A DNA stretch of 42,969 bases. Origin: a virus. The DNA lies in IMG/VR virus record IMGVR_UViG_3300044726_000065, positions 1-42,969 of that record; one strand, given 5' to 3'. The notes below the pieces were generated by a model. That model saw nothing but the letters and a program-made list of their open reading frames with translations. It searched no databases and was not told the DNA's origin. Both the position numbers and the translations under genes were made by a program. Positions 16,289 through 23,280 of the stretch are shown here, piece after piece (the first letter of the stretch is position 1; each line of letters begins with the position of its first letter).

Positions 16289-16915
16289 TTAGAAAGGAAG
16301 ATCATCCTCAGTTTCTTCCTGCTTGTTTTGAATTTGGGTTTCGTGCGGGTTTTTCATCTTCTTAAACTCCTCACTTCCCTTTATCTTATCCTTTATAAAG
16401 TCAGGCAGTTTATCAAAAACCGCATTGTCGAAGTTCTCATAATGTAAAACCAAAGTCGGGTTTTCTTGTGCCGGACATTTAACCGATTTAGGAAGTGGTG
16501 AAACCCCTGCAATTTCTTCGTAGCTTTTTGACGGATCACGTTTACCTTGTTTATGAATTACATTGAGCATACAAGGAACACCCAAAAGTTTCGTAATATC
16601 AAAACTCTTTACTTCGTCCTCTGAAAAATCCTTACCTCTCCAGGAAGCTAAAGTTTTTCTGAGATTACTTTTTTCGTGCATTGATAAAGTAAACTCCTTA
16701 GAGATAACAAAAGGCTGCTCCCCGTTCTCTGTTTTAAAAACCCTTCTTTCTTCTGGAAGCTCCCAACCGATCCTTACTTTATTGACCGTTTTTACTTCAC
16801 CCATTATTAACTCTTGTACTGTCCCGATATGTATCATTTGATAACAACGGGCAATGTAATTTCCGGCGGGAATAAGTTCCCTTTGCTGTGCTGAATTAGA
16901 TGCGATAATTGACAT
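16289..16915 (-). CDS. Phage ssDNA-binding-like protein (DUF669-like) with acidic DDLPF tail
   Basis: N-terminal IPAGNYIARCYQMIHIGTVQE...VNKVRIGWELPEE resembles DUF669. The C-terminus QEETEDDLPF mimics the bacterial SSB tip (DDDIPF/DDLPF). Confidence 0.6.
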   Translation of the reverse strand: MSIIASNSAQQRELIPAGNYIARCYQMIHIGTVQELIMGEVKTVNKVRIGWELPEERRVFKTENGEQPFVISKEFTLSMHEKSNLRKTLASWRGKDFSEDEVKSFDITKLLGVPCMLNVIHKQGKRDPSKSYEEIAGVSPLPKSVKCPAQENPTLVLHYENFDNAVFDKLPDFIKDKIKGSEEFKKMKNPHETQIQNKQEETEDDLPF

Positions 16916-16926
16916 ATAGGTTTGTT

Positions 16927-17061
16927 TTATAGATACATATTTCTTTCATCCCACTCTTTAAGTTGTTTCATTCTTTCCCTTCTTATCTTAAAAAGAAGAT
17001 AGATAGTAAAGACTAAAATACTAAAGGCGAAGATGCTGGTTAGGATCGCTGCAAGTAACAT
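16927..17061 (-). CDS. Possible 44-aa single-pass membrane protein
   Basis: ATG 17061 lies 2 nt after the upstream stop. MLLAAILTSIFAFSILVFTIYLLFKIRRERMKQLKEWDERNMYL. Below the ORF-track cutoff. Confidence 0.4.
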   Translation of the reverse strand: MLLAAILTSIFAFSILVFTIYLLFKIRRERMKQLKEWDERNMYL

Positions 17062-17063
17062 GG

Positions 17064-17273
17064 TTATTTGATTATATTTTCTCTGATAAATAATGCGACA
17101 AGTTGTGTAGTGTTTTTTACGTTGTACTTTGACCTCATGGCTAAAAGCTGCATAGCAAAAGTACCTTGAGCAATCTTTAATTCACGGCGAATGTTGTCGG
17201 CCTTTTCGCCATTTGCCAGACGAGAAACTATCGTTTTCTCCTCCTGTGTTACTGATATTTCTATTGATTTCAT
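17064..17273 (-). CDS. LuxR/GerE-type HTH transcriptional regulator
   Basis: 69 aa. EEKTIVSRLANGEKADNIRRELKIAQGTFAMQLLAMRSKYNVKNTTQLVALFI matches the GerE-type HTH layout. First gene of the leftward block at the divergent control region. Confidence 0.65.
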   Translation of the reverse strand: MKSIEISVTQEEKTIVSRLANGEKADNIRRELKIAQGTFAMQLLAMRSKYNVKNTTQLVALFIRENIIK

Positions 17274-17395
17274 ACCGCTAAGATAATTCTTTTATATTAC
17301 CAACCAAATTATTTTATAGATTTATTATAAATTATTTTGTGGTATCAAAAAGACTGTTTAATTTGCATCATCATTCACAATTAAACGTAAACAAA
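17274..17395. promoter_or_regulatory. Divergent early control region (AT-rich, 10-bp direct repeats aaattatttt)
   Basis: This is the only strand-switch (divergent) point of the genome. aaattatttt occurs at 17306..17315 and 17329..17338. TATTTTG-like -7 elements are present. Confidence 0.45.
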
Positions 17396-17608
17396 ATGAC
17401 AACTTTAGTAACGACTACAAAATTAGAAGCAGGAATGAAAGTTTATTTTGAAGATGAAAGGTTTAAAGGTAACGGGTTCATTCATTACATACCCACACAG
17501 GAAGAGCAAGAGTTCCAAAATGAGGTTCACGGTGAAAGTGCAATTTCTGTTAAACCAAGAAACGGCAAACCCCGCTTTGTGCCAATCTCTCAAATAGTAT
17601 TATTATGA
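17396..17608 (+). CDS. Hypothetical protein
   Basis: Start taken at ATG 17396 (MTTLVTTTKLEAG...). The tracked GTG 17339 would lie inside the promoter region. Confidence 0.5.
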   Translation: MTTLVTTTKLEAGMKVYFEDERFKGNGFIHYIPTQEEQEFQNEVHGESAISVKPRNGKPRFVPISQIVLL

Positions 17609-18177
17609 AAGTATTAATAGCTTGTGAAGAATCACAAACAGTTTGTAAAGCATTTCGTGCTAAAGGTCACGAAGCATATAGTTGCGATTTACAAGACTGT
17701 TCTGGAGGTCATCCAGAGTGGCATATCAAGGGTAATGTAACACATGAACTTTATAGAGATTGGGATTTGGTGATTGCCCACCCACCTTGTACAAGGCTTT
17801 CTAATAGCGGGGTAAGGTGGCTGCACGAAAGGGATCTTTGGCAGGAACATTATTATGCTTGTACGTTTTTTAATCAGTTTCAGACCTATGCTTTAAACGG
17901 GAAAAAAGTCTGTATTGAAAACCCCATCCCGCATAAGTACGCAGTTGAGTACATTGGTAAATATTCGCAGATAATTCAACCTTATCAATTCGGGCATGGT
18001 GAAAAAAAGGCGACCTGTTTATGGCTTTATAATTTACCGAAATTAAAACCTACCGATATAGTTGAAGGTAGGGAGCAGAAAGTTTGGAAGATGCCGCCAT
18101 CAAAAGACCGTGCAAAACTTAGATCAAAGACCTACATTGGAATTGCCGAAGCAATGGCTGACCAATGGGGAATCTAA
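17605..18177 (+). CDS. Short C5-cytosine-methyltransferase-like protein (no canonical SAM loop, no TRD)
   Basis: 190 aa. IAHPPCTRLSNSG (motif IV-like P-C), CIENP (motif VI ENV-like) and RSKTYIGIAEAMADQW (motif X-like) are present. The motif I position reads LIACEESQ instead of FxGxG. Confidence 0.45.
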   Translation: MKVLIACEESQTVCKAFRAKGHEAYSCDLQDCSGGHPEWHIKGNVTHELYRDWDLVIAHPPCTRLSNSGVRWLHERDLWQEHYYACTFFNQFQTYALNGKKVCIENPIPHKYAVEYIGKYSQIIQPYQFGHGEKKATCLWLYNLPKLKPTDIVEGREQKVWKMPPSKDRAKLRSKTYIGIAEAMADQWGI

Positions 18178-18251
18178 TTAAAATAGTTTACGTTCCCCGA
18201 AATCGAAAGTAGGGGACGTTTATATTAACAAACAAACCTAAAACAAACGTT

Positions 18252-18593
18252 ATGCTAAATCTTAAAACAACCGTAAGTGTACCAACCGAAGTATCTATTG
18301 AATTAGAAACTCCTGCTTTCTACAAAAAAGTATTAACCACTAACATGGTTGAACATTTAGCCGTCATTGATGAATGTACTATAACAATGTGGGTAATGGA
18401 AGGCCAAATGACACAGATTCAAAATACCGCTACTGAAAAAATGCAAAAGAAAATTTTAGAAGCCTACCAAACCTGGGAACACATTTCAGAAGAAGAGTTC
18501 ATGGAAGCTCTGGACAAGGCATTAAAGGATTTTAATTTCAAACCTTCCCTTAGACATATAACAGCAAAGGAAGGATCTAAAGTAACAATATAA
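18252..18593 (+). CDS. Hypothetical protein
   Basis: 113-aa ORF. Confidence 0.55.
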   Translation: MLNLKTTVSVPTEVSIELETPAFYKKVLTTNMVEHLAVIDECTITMWVMEGQMTQIQNTATEKMQKKILEAYQTWEHISEEEFMEALDKALKDFNFKPSLRHITAKEGSKVTI

Positions 18594-18645
18594 TTTTAGT
18601 AGCCAGGGATTTGGTTTGGCCGATTCCCTTTTTAAAATAAAATCT

Positions 18646-19026
18646 ATGTCAGATATAAACGATTCAATGTATATGAAAGGCGGCAATACTGATGCAGAAA
18701 AAGCAGCCTTTAAATTAGGGTTTGAATCTGCCCTACAAACTCCCTCTAATGAAAAATATTGGAGAGAAAGATGTGAAGCGGCTGAAGATATGTTGGAAGA
18801 AATTGATAAAGAAATAACTATTCGTTACTGTAATTCATACCAAAAATGGCAGCAATTAAAATCAACCCCAATACCGATACAAACTCCATGTGTAGAATTA
18901 GAAAAGGAAGTTGAAAGATTGAAGGGGTTGTTGGCGGGTCAAGCCTATTCTATTTGGAAAGGATGTGATTCGGATTTATCATTTGCCGAATGGAACAAAC
19001 TATTTATTTCGGGTAATAATCTCTAA
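18646..19026 (+). CDS. Hypothetical protein
   Basis: ATG 18646 is preceded by the A-rich leader tttttaaaataaaatct typical of this block. The tracked TTG start is at 18616. Confidence 0.55.
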   Translation: MSDINDSMYMKGGNTDAEKAAFKLGFESALQTPSNEKYWRERCEAAEDMLEEIDKEITIRYCNSYQKWQQLKSTPIPIQTPCVELEKEVERLKGLLAGQAYSIWKGCDSDLSFAEWNKLFISGNNL

Positions 19027-19054
19027 ACCGCTTCCGTCTTAAAAAATAAAAATG
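19024..19054 (+). repeat. 31-nt intergenic/gene-start repeat, copy 1 (taaaccgcttccgtcttaaaaaataaaaatg)
   Basis: Identical to 19312..19342. Ends in the ATG of the downstream gene. Confidence 0.9.
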
Positions 19055-19330
19055 AGTACAGAAACCTATACGAGAAAAATATTATCAGGCAAGGGATGGG
19101 TTATAAAAAGTTTTGAATATGAAAAGCCTAAGTCCGGGTTTAAATGTATTGAAGGTGGATATTTTTGTGAACTTGTTTCAGATGAAAATGATTACGATAT
19201 ACTTGAAAACATCCCGTTCGACAACAATGTATTTGGCAGTATTTCAGGAAGTGGGTTAATCATGGCGTTATACAAAAAAGATTTTATACAACTTATTAAT
19301 AAAATTCCAAATAAACCGCTTCCGTCTTAA
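19052..19330 (+). CDS. Hypothetical protein
   Basis: 92-aa ORF. Its last 6 codons (NKPLPS) are encoded by copy 2 of the 31-nt repeat. Confidence 0.55.
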   Translation: MSTETYTRKILSGKGWVIKSFEYEKPKSGFKCIEGGYFCELVSDENDYDILENIPFDNNVFGSISGSGLIMALYKKDFIQLINKIPNKPLPS

Positions 19331-19342
19331 AAAATAAAAATG
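19312..19342 (+). repeat. 31-nt gene-start repeat, copy 2
   Basis: Exact duplicate of 19024..19054. A 14-nt partial copy (accgcttccgtctt) lies at 19642..19655. Confidence 0.9.
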
Positions 19343-19639
19343 TTAACCATGAGTAAGGAAATACAAGAAGGCCGCCAAGCGGTTGAAATAAAAGATGAAA
19401 GGGATTATGCTATTCGTAAAGGGAAAGTTCTTGAAAGATTCACTCAAGAGTTTTATAACAGGCATAAGCATAATGCGCTTTATAGGCAAGTGTATGAAAT
19501 GCTAATAAGAGATGCTGACCCGTATGAGTTGATTGAGAAGTTGATTGAAATAAATGCAAATCAATTCGAGTATATCCAAGAAATTGTGCCATACGTTTCA
19601 CCAAATTATTATCTCAACAAAAACCAACAAAACACTTAA
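19340..19639 (+). CDS. Hypothetical protein
   Basis: 99-aa ORF starting at the ATG of repeat copy 2. Confidence 0.55.
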   Translation: MLTMSKEIQEGRQAVEIKDERDYAIRKGKVLERFTQEFYNRHKHNALYRQVYEMLIRDADPYELIEKLIEINANQFEYIQEIVPYVSPNYYLNKNQQNT

Positions 19640-19803
19640 TCACCGCTTCCGTCTTTAGACGGGGGAATTATTGAGCAGGAGGAAGTAAAAAATATTTAAG
19701 CTCTTTGGCGGTGGATATGCTTATGGTTTAGGGAAATCCTTATCATAAGAAAAGTTAATAGCCGCCAATTTTTCAATTATAGGGTGTAAAAGAAAAAATA
19801 ATT

Positions 19804-20103
19804 ATGAGTAACTGTTCAAATCATAAAAAAGAATTATTCGGGCAAACCGATATGAAACACTTGGCAGAAGATATAGGTAGCCTTCATTACGGAAGTCTTT
19901 ATTTGTTGCTATATCATCTGTATAAAAAATTGGACGAAGATTCTATTAAAGACTATAAGGCCAACAGAGAAAAATTAGCGGCTGCTCTCCAGTATGCAAG
20001 TATGTCAATTTTTGAATCAGCACTAAGGATGCAGAAGGTTTGGCAAATATGCGAACCATTCATGCCCAATCCAGAACAGAACCCTGAACGGAACAAAAAG
20101 TAA
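19804..20103 (+). CDS. Hypothetical protein
   Basis: 99-aa ORF after a 164-nt non-coding gap. Confidence 0.55.
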   Translation: MSNCSNHKKELFGQTDMKHLAEDIGSLHYGSLYLLLYHLYKKLDEDSIKDYKANREKLAAALQYASMSIFESALRMQKVWQICEPFMPNPEQNPERNKK

Positions 20104-20130
20104 TTCTAATCATCATTAAAAAATAAAATC

Positions 20131-20463
20131 ATGGCAAAAGACTTAAAAGACATTCAGCAACTCATTAATGAAAGGGCTGAACAAAGATTTAATGCAGATT
20201 ACTTTGCAATAGTATCGCCAATAAGCAGTAGCAAACTTTTTGAACATATACAATTTGATTGTTATAGAAACGGGAGTGAAACCAAATCGCAAGAGGGGAT
20301 GTATTGGGTTTTTAGAGAAGGATATGGCAATTATGAAAAGGTAAAGGAAAAATGGTTGCCGAAATATATTTCGGAAGAAAGCGAAAATTTTCTTGCAAAA
20401 GTTGAGAGCATTAAAAACGACGTTGACAATCTTATGTCCAACCAATACCAAGAAGAATATTGA
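20131..20463 (+). CDS. Hypothetical protein
   Basis: 110-aa ORF with leader aaaaaataaaatc-ATG. Confidence 0.55.
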   Translation: MAKDLKDIQQLINERAEQRFNADYFAIVSPISSSKLFEHIQFDCYRNGSETKSQEGMYWVFREGYGNYEKVKEKWLPKYISEESENFLAKVESIKNDVDNLMSNQYQEEY

Positions 20464-20527
20464 TAGTAGCAATGAAGCTGACAAACAAATTAAACAAAAC
20501 CCTTTCGGGGGATAAAAAATAAAAATT

Positions 20528-20770
20528 ATGGAACAAGATAATAGAGGACACTGGAAAAGGCAAAAAGCGCATCCTATTGAAGTCCCAAATTCTGAATCGC
20601 CGCAACATTTACAAGAATTAATAGCCGCAAGAGAACTCGAAGAAGCTATTAAATTAATGGACAAAAGCGTAAACTGCTTGTTTCTTGAATTACCGGAATC
20701 GGTAGCAAACCATAACAAAGAAATTTGGTTGAATTTGAAAAAGATTATTAACCCCTCAAACCAAAAATAA
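20528..20770 (+). CDS. Hypothetical protein
   Basis: 80-aa ORF with leader aaaaaataaaaatt-ATG. Confidence 0.5.
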   Translation: MEQDNRGHWKRQKAHPIEVPNSESPQHLQELIAARELEEAIKLMDKSVNCLFLELPESVANHNKEIWLNLKKIINPSNQK

Positions 20771-20775
20771 AAACA

Positions 20776-21192
20776 ATGTCAACTATACCGAAAGAGATAA
20801 TGGAGATTTGGATGCCGCTAATTGGTTTTGAGGGGTTATATAAAGTAAGCGATTTCGGCAGCCTTACTGCTTTAGAGAAAACGGCAAAAGGATGGGGCAG
20901 CGAATATATTAGACCTGAACAGCCTATTAGTTGCAGCACTAACGGGGACGGGTATAGGCAAGCCACGATAACTGGCAAGGATGGCATAAAGAAAACGAAA
21001 TATGTGCATAGGATGGTAGCTGAAACTTTTATTCCTAACCCAGATAATAAGCCGTGTATTAACCACAAAGACGGCAACAAAAATAATAACCATGTAGAAA
21101 ATCTTGAATGGGTTACGGTTGCCGAGAACAACGAACACGCAATTAAAACAGGTCTTAATAAACGTAAAAGAAAAAAGCATGAAAACGCATGA
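20776..21192 (+). CDS. HNH homing endonuclease (NUMOD4 + HNH_3 type)
   Basis: IGFEGLYKVSDFGSL and INHKDGNKNNNHVENLEWVTVAENNEHA. Confidence 0.85.
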   Translation: MSTIPKEIMEIWMPLIGFEGLYKVSDFGSLTALEKTAKGWGSEYIRPEQPISCSTNGDGYRQATITGKDGIKKTKYVHRMVAETFIPNPDNKPCINHKDGNKNNNHVENLEWVTVAENNEHAIKTGLNKRKRKKHENA

Positions 21193-21619
21193 AGAAATGT
21201 TCCATTACATTAACCGTCTTAGTATGCACGGTGAACATTGGGACGAGTACGATACAAAAAGAGAAATCAAAGATTTTAAAGACTGGACTAACCAACTTGC
21301 AACCGATGGGCGGGAAGAATTGGAAAAGGAATGTGAAATAAAAATTAACGCAACCATTCAAGCTACTAAGGATTATTTAAAATCAAGAGAACTGGAGTTA
21401 GAGGAACTAAAAGCCGAGAATAAAACCCTTCAAGACGCTTTCGATAATAATTTAAAAGAAATTATGTTATTAGGAACTCATGCAAAAGACTTGGAAGCCG
21501 AGATTGAAAGGCTAAGCGGATTGTTGGTTTCTTTATCAAACGGTGAAGCCATGAATGTAGTAAGAGAATCAGAAGGGGTTTATAGTGTAATATTCAAAAC
21601 GCCTAAAAAGAACCCTTAA
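21179..21619 (+). CDS. Hypothetical coiled-coil protein
   Basis: Start taken at ATG 21179 (MKTHEEMFHY...). The long heptad-like region ELELEELKAENKTLQDAFDNNLKE is coiled-coil-like. The 3' end converges on and overlaps the endolysin gene by 17 nt. Confidence 0.5.
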   Translation: MKTHEEMFHYINRLSMHGEHWDEYDTKREIKDFKDWTNQLATDGREELEKECEIKINATIQATKDYLKSRELELEELKAENKTLQDAFDNNLKEIMLLGTHAKDLEAEIERLSGLLVSLSNGEAMNVVRESEGVYSVIFKTPKKNP

Positions 21620-22181
21620 ACTTCTGATACGCCGCCGCTAACTTCTCATCGTACTTATTCGCCTTGTAACCAGATCCGTTATAAACCTTCGCAAATCCCG
21701 CCCAATCCTTACGCTGAAGTTCATCAACCAGGTTCTTACTTTTCACAAAGTTTATAAACGCAAACAAGTGCTGATCCTCGTCAATGTGCATAGCCGCAAT
21801 AAAAGCATCTAAGGTCGCAAATCCTGAAGCAGCCCAATTATAACCCATTATCTGAAACCGCCCCCAACTGGCAGAAGAAAGGGCAGCATCTTTGTTTATC
21901 GCTATTGCCCGTTTTAAACGCTCAGGTTGGGCTGAAGTTTTACCGTACTTTCCGGTTGTCCAATTCTTATAAAGGATGTCTGAAGCCCCTGTGATGCTTT
22001 CAGGGGATATTCCACGTTTAAGTAGTTCTTGCCAAAAGACATGAGGTTCAAAAAGGATCTTCGGATGACCGGTAGTAAGGAACCCATCACCGGAGCTTTC
22101 CACTTCAGCAACGGCTTTAATTACGGCTGGCTCCACCCCTAAAAGTGCTGCCGAATCTTCAAACGCCTTTTGAGTTATCAT
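21603..22181 (-). CDS. Endolysin, N-acetylmuramidase family (PF11860-like)
   Basis: LGVEPAVIKAVAEVESSGDGFL...PKILFEPHVFWQ...SWGRFQIMGYNW...FINFV matches the conserved pattern of the phage N-acetylmuramidase family. Confidence 0.75.
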   Translation of the reverse strand: MITQKAFEDSAALLGVEPAVIKAVAEVESSGDGFLTTGHPKILFEPHVFWQELLKRGISPESITGASDILYKNWTTGKYGKTSAQPERLKRAIAINKDAALSSASWGRFQIMGYNWAASGFATLDAFIAAMHIDEDQHLFAFINFVKSKNLVDELQRKDWAGFAKVYNGSGYKANKYDEKLAAAYQKFKGSF

Positions 22182-22392
22182 CTTTCATAGATTTTAAAGT
22201 TGCTATGGCTCCGAAAATTCCACCCACGATAACTTTTAAAAGGTCTAACAAAGCCGTCCTGACCGCAACCGCCCCTTCTGTTGGATTAGCTGACCCCTTA
22301 AAGATAATGCCGCCTACCCCTATTAAAATGCTTACAGCGACACTAAAGGCAAGCATTAATAAAACCCACTCCCCTGCATTGAATTTTTTCAT
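22159..22392 (-). CDS. Holin-like small membrane protein
   Basis: 77 aa with two hydrophobic helices (WVLLMLAFSVAVSILIGVGGIIF; IVGGIFGAIATL). Overlaps the endolysin start. Confidence 0.5.
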   Translation of the reverse strand: MKKFNAGEWVLLMLAFSVAVSILIGVGGIIFKGSANPTEGAVAVRTALLDLLKVIVGGIFGAIATLKSMKDDNSKGV

Positions 22393-22406
22393 TTAGTAAA
22401 TATAAT

Positions 22407-22451
22407 AAAAAATGACAAAGCCCCGAACCGATTGACGTTATTCGAGGCTTT
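22407..22451 (-). terminator. Intrinsic terminator of the tmRNA-like gene
   Basis: On the minus strand AAAGCCUCGAA-(13 nt)-UUCGGGGCUUU forms 11 bp with one G:U, followed by GUCAUUUUUUAUUAU. Confidence 0.65.
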
Positions 22452-22680
22452 GAGAATTAGGCGGCTGCTCTCTGAGCAACGGGCTGATTCATTTTTATGA
22501 CTTTTGCGTCATTTATATTTAACAATTTCCTCTTGCAAGAATGTAATCTGCTGTCAAAACCAAACATCCCCACCGGAGTTACCCGGCTCAAATGGAAATT
22601 AAACCCGGTGGAGATGACCGGAATCGAACCGGTGTCCAACTGATACTACTCAAACAAGTCTTTATCGGAAAGAGCTTGCA
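22417..22680 (-). ncRNA. ssrA: Circularly permuted (two-piece type) tmRNA-like gene: acceptor piece, intervening loop, then coding piece
   Basis: Read 5' to 3' on the minus strand:
- GGAC followed by T-arm ACCGG-TTCGATT-CCGGT (22633..22617).
- Acceptor 3' strand CATCTCC, then A, then CC (22616..22607).
- A spacer of about 35 nt.
- GGGGATGTTTGGTTTTGACAGC (from 22571), a tmRNA 5' consensus that pairs with CATCTCC with G3:U.
- P2a-like pairing of CAGCAGATTAC (22553..22543) with GTAGTATCAGTTG (22649..22637).
- GCA (22507..22505) opens a frame AKVIKMNQPVAQRAAA ending at TAA 22459..22457.
- An 11-bp terminator hairpin follows. Confidence 0.75.
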
Positions 22681-22681
22681 T

Positions 22682-22697
22682 CAAATATACAAAATTA
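22682..22697 (-). promoter_or_regulatory. Tandem Bacteroidota -7 boxes (TAATTTTG, TATATTTG) upstream of the tmRNA-like gene
   Basis: The minus strand reads ggaTAATTTTGTATATTTGatgcaagc. Both octamers fit TAnnTTTG. They lie just after the stop of the upstream spanin-like gene. Confidence 0.5.
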
Positions 22698-23207
22698 TCC
22701 TATTGGTGATTTAAACTTTCCCACTACTTTAAAGACAGTAAACGCCGCAGCCCCGCCGATAAGTAAGGCAATCCACAGCCATCGGGTTTTGGCTTTCTTT
22801 TTCCATGCATGCATGCTATTTTCAAGCTCTTGATTTTTAGTAAGTAACACGGTATTGTTCTTTCCGCATGCTAATAAACCGAGCTGTAATCGTTCTTGCT
22901 CTGCTCGGTTCTCCCTGTAAATAATAGAATCTCTCCAGATAGTTTTGGTTACGACTTTAGTTTTATGGTCTGTTATTCTTATTGTATCGTTTGTACTTGT
23001 TGTATCGTAGAATTGAATTAACTCCCACAAAGTATCGGTTTTTGTTTCATAGACAATAACCGAATCTGCTTTATCTGGGAACTTTTCAGCGCATACTTCT
23101 GCGGTAAATTCAGGATGTTTAAATAAGTATAGCTGAGTTTTTTCAAGCTGCCGTTGCGCCTTGTTACATCCAAAAAGAAAAATTGCTATTATCAAATACT
23201 TTGTCAT
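22695..23207 (-). CDS. Putative unimolecular spanin (N-terminal lipoprotein signal plus C-terminal TM helix)
   Basis: Lipobox MTKYLIIAIFLFGC-NKA (Cys14), a coiled-coil-like centre and a C-terminal TM WLWIALLIGGAAAFTVFKVV. This is the architecture of T1 gp11-type u-spanins. Confidence 0.5.
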   Translation of the reverse strand: MTKYLIIAIFLFGCNKAQRQLEKTQLYLFKHPEFTAEVCAEKFPDKADSVIVYETKTDTLWELIQFYDTTSTNDTIRITDHKTKVVTKTIWRDSIIYRENRAEQERLQLGLLACGKNNTVLLTKNQELENSMHAWKKKAKTRWLWIALLIGGAAAFTVFKVVGKFKSPIG

Positions 23208-23280
23208 AAATTTAGTTTGAAATTGATCGCTAGTCTTAGCGAGTTAGTTGGTTTGAATTAACAATTAGTTTTGATACCGA

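Noticed and set aside
20143-20718. 191-aa minus-strand ORF antisense to three plus-strand early genes
   Set aside because: It has the Phe/Leu/Ser/Cys/Ile-rich low-complexity composition typical of the antisense of AT-rich coding DNA and no motifs. The plus-strand genes have consistent leaders and spacing.
20748-21180. Two minus-strand ORFs (127 and 102 aa) antisense to the third HNH gene
   Set aside because: Hydrophobic artefact-like sequences. The plus-strand HNH has unmistakable NUMOD4 and HNH motifs.
22457-22639. 60-aa ORF in the six-frame track (MDTGSIPVISTGFNFHLSRV...QRAAA)
   Set aside because: It runs straight through the T-arm, acceptor stem and 5' consensus of the tmRNA-like gene. 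Only its last 16 or so codons (the tag frame) are likely to be decoded, and then by trans-translation.
22607-22690. Ordinary tRNA gene, or a bare tRNA/tmRNA 3' fragment serving as an attP core
   Set aside because: No complementary 5' acceptor strand (GGAGATG or GGGGATG) lies 70-95 nt upstream on the minus strand. The matching strand lies about 35 nt downstream instead, followed by tmRNA-specific elements. No integrase gene is present in the genome.
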